Assembly: GCF_963921235.1 (NCBI RefSeq)
Contig: NC_086097.1
Location: 216,196,001-216,260,000, forward strand
From: Mobula hypostoma
Lineage: Eukaryota
Reading direction: 5' to 3'
DNA length: 64,000 nucleotides
The notes under the pieces were generated by a model that did no database searches, was not told where the DNA came from, and saw only the letters and a program-made list of their open reading frames with translations. This document shows, piece after piece, positions 61,790-64,000 of the stretch. Made by a program: the position numbers and the translations under genes. Within the stretch, counting starts at the first letter, position 1; every line of letters begins with the position of its first letter.

Positions 61790-62473
61790 GTGCAGGAGGA
61801 AAAGATGGCGGCACGACGCAGTGCACTCGGCCTCTCCGGTGAGGCGATATCGTATTTGTTAAATAGGGGGCCGTGCACAATTCTGATTTGATGGAAACGG
61901 ACGTGAGAAGCACGGAGGAACACCTGGAGAAACTTCTGAAATGCCTGGTTCGCTGCTGCTGCTACTGTGCGACCGAGAATCTCCGGAGGGAAGGCCCCAA
62001 ATCCTCGGTTTTTCCTGTTGCTGGTGGCCTGGGCTGGGGTCAAAGCACTCCGCAGAGATGGTGCTCGGTGCTCGGTGCTCGGTGTCGGAGGTCTGGTCGG
62101 AGGCTCGAAGTTTTCAGACAACTCAGAGTTGGACTGTGGTCGGGTGCTTCCAGATGCTGCATTGGCAAGTTTGTGGCACTGGAGGTTCATGGCAGGAGGG
62201 GAGTTTTCTTCCTTCTACCGTCTGCATGAGATGATGGGACTTACGAGAGACTTTGAAGTTTTTCTTACCATGCCCATGGCCTGTTCTTCATCAAGTTACG
62301 TATTGCTTACACTGTTGTAACTATACATTATAATTACGTGTTTTTTGTCAGTTTTTCAGTCTTGGTCTGTCTTATGTTTCTGTGATAGCACACCGGAGGA
62401 AAATTGTATCATTTCTTAATGCATGCATTACTAAATGACAATAAAAGAGGGCTGCGTGTCCTCATAATCTAAT
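61790..62473 (+). mobile_element. Young non-coding retroposon-like element (CpG-rich head, LINE-type tail)
   Basis: AAGATGGCGG at 61802-61811 and many intact CpGs. AATAAA at 62440, then a short GAGG/CCTC hairpin and an AATCT-type tail. None of the overlapping ORFs shows a domain motif. Confidence 0.6.
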
Positions 62474-63244
62474 ATTATATAGCAACAACAACTAACGACA
62501 TTGACTCCTCACTAAGACATTAACCCGAATGAATGTCACATTTAGCACATCTTCACAAAAATATTATGTAAGTTAATCAACACAACGAATCTGCTTGCAT
62601 CAGATCAGCAGACAGGGACTCATTTAGTGTTCCGCTCAACTTCAACCTCAAAGTCCTTAAAATAATATAGAATATAAATAATAACTGGAAGTGTTGTAAT
62701 GTGAGCATTATAAAAATAAGTTAATACGAATTAGGATAATGGTCCTTTTTCAAAGTAGAAGTTACCACAGGAAGATCATAATTCAAAAATGGAAATGCTC
62801 AGAACAAAATGTCTGTAAGTACAAGCAGAGGAGAAGATAATATACACTCTCGATTCTTCGGCCGAAAACATCGTCTGTTTATTCCCCTCCATAGATGTTG
62901 TCGGGCTTGCTGAATTTCTGGAGGATTTTGTGTGTGCTGTTCAAGATTTCCAGCATCTGAAGAATCTCTAGTGCTTGCAATATTTACTTACTAGGTTCTC
63001 CATCTATTTGAAGAGGAACAATATGAAACCTTTTTGGTCTATTCACTCCTGTAGCACCCAGTAGAAGTCACCATTGTGAACCTACAACATTAAGCAGAAA
63101 TTGCTTCCTCTGCAGTGCTTCAGATGTACAGAGCTAGTAGGTTTATTACAGACTCTGCGCATCAGTACAATTTCAAGTCAACCTGCATGGCATAGAATAT
63201 ACAATAACAAACATTGGCTGATTACAGAGTTACGCAGAAGCATA

Positions 63245-63510
63245 TAAACATAGAAAACCTACAGCACATAGAAAACCTTCGGCCCACAAAGTTGTGCCAA
63301 ACATTTCCCTCCCTTAGAAATGACTAGGCTTACCATAGCCCTCTATTTTTCTAAGCTCCATGTACCTATCCAAAAGTCTCTTAAAAGACCCTATCATATC
63401 GGCCTCCACCACTGTTGCCGGCAGCCCGTTCCATGCACTCACCACTCTCTGCATAAAAAACTTACCCCTGACATCTCCTCTGTACCTACTCCCCAGCACC
63501 TTAAACCTGT
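63245..63510 (-). mobile_element. CR1 3' end, interrupted by a PLE
   Basis: ORF 63314-63517 closely matches the reverse complement of 1365-1625. Confidence 0.93.
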
Positions 63511-64000
63511 GCAACACACATCAAAGTTGCTGGTGAACGCAGCAGGCCAGGCAGCATCTCTAGGAAGAGGTACAGTCGACGTTTCGGGCCGAGATCCTTC
63601 ATCAGGACTAACTGAAGGAAGAGCTAGTAAGAGATTTGAAAGTGGTGGCGGGGGGAGGGGGAGATCCAAAATGCTAGGAGAAGACAAGAGGGGCAGGGAT
63701 GGAGCCAAGAGCTGGACAGGTGATTGGCAAAAGGGATATGAGAGGATCATGGGACAGGAGGCCCAGGGAGAAGGAAAAGGAGGAGGGGGGAAAAAAACCA
63801 AGAGGATGGGCAAGGGGTATATTCAGAGGGACAGAGGGAGAAAAAGGAGAGAGAGAGAAAGAATGTGTGTATATAAATAAATAACGGATTAAAATGTGTG
63901 GTCACTGGGAGATCCTGCTTTCTCTGGCGGACAGAGCACTCTATCCGCCAGAGAAAGCAGGATCTCCCAGTGGCCACACATTTTAATTCCACATCCCATT
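63511..64000. mobile_element. Penelope-like element: inverted terminal repeat joined to a forward GIY-YIG segment, runs off the window
   Basis: Minus-strand terminal repeat at 63511-~63885. Palindrome at 63888-63987. The plus frame reads EHSIRQRKQDLPVATHFNSTSH (PLE GIY-YIG C-terminal half). Confidence 0.9.
63573..63610 (-). ncRNA. Minimal type I hammerhead ribozyme motif (PLE-associated)
   Basis: Minus strand reads UAGUC-CUGAUGA-AGGAUCUCGGCCC-GAAA-CG-UC-GACUG. Confidence 0.75.

Noticed and set aside
61783..62320. Cluster of overlapping 97-135 aa ORFs
   Set aside because: A by-product of a GC-rich non-coding repeat head, with no domain motifs.
63320..63880. 186-aa and 124-aa ORFs
   Set aside because: Chimeric read-through of antisense CR1 and the low-complexity PLE terminal repeat.

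Overview
Vertebrate nuclear DNA, most likely a cartilaginous fish (inferred only from the repeat families). I recognise no host protein-coding exon, rRNA, tRNA or CRISPR array. Most of the window is nested, decayed transposable elements. These include CR1, Rex1/Babar, L2-type and RTE LINEs; Penelope-like elements (PLEs); a DD34E Tc1 element; two Buster-type hAT elements; a full-length Gypsy element with a PNMA-like gag (42847-48838); a truncated sushi-type chromovirus; three solo LTRs; and non-coding retroposon-like insertions. Every TE reading frame carries stops, frameshifts or truncations. The most interesting signals are RNA structures. First, at 60405-60477 (minus strand) the CUGAUGA and GAAA hammerhead core motifs and three helices occur in an unusual permuted, pseudoknotted order, with a GCC rather than GUC cleavage triplet. 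Second, the PLE termini carry minimal dimer-type hammerheads, one of them inside a 200-bp near-perfect palindrome with a 14-bp flanking duplication. A few repeat-free AT-rich stretches carry motif clusters that suggest enhancers. Boundaries without TSD or TIR evidence are approximate.
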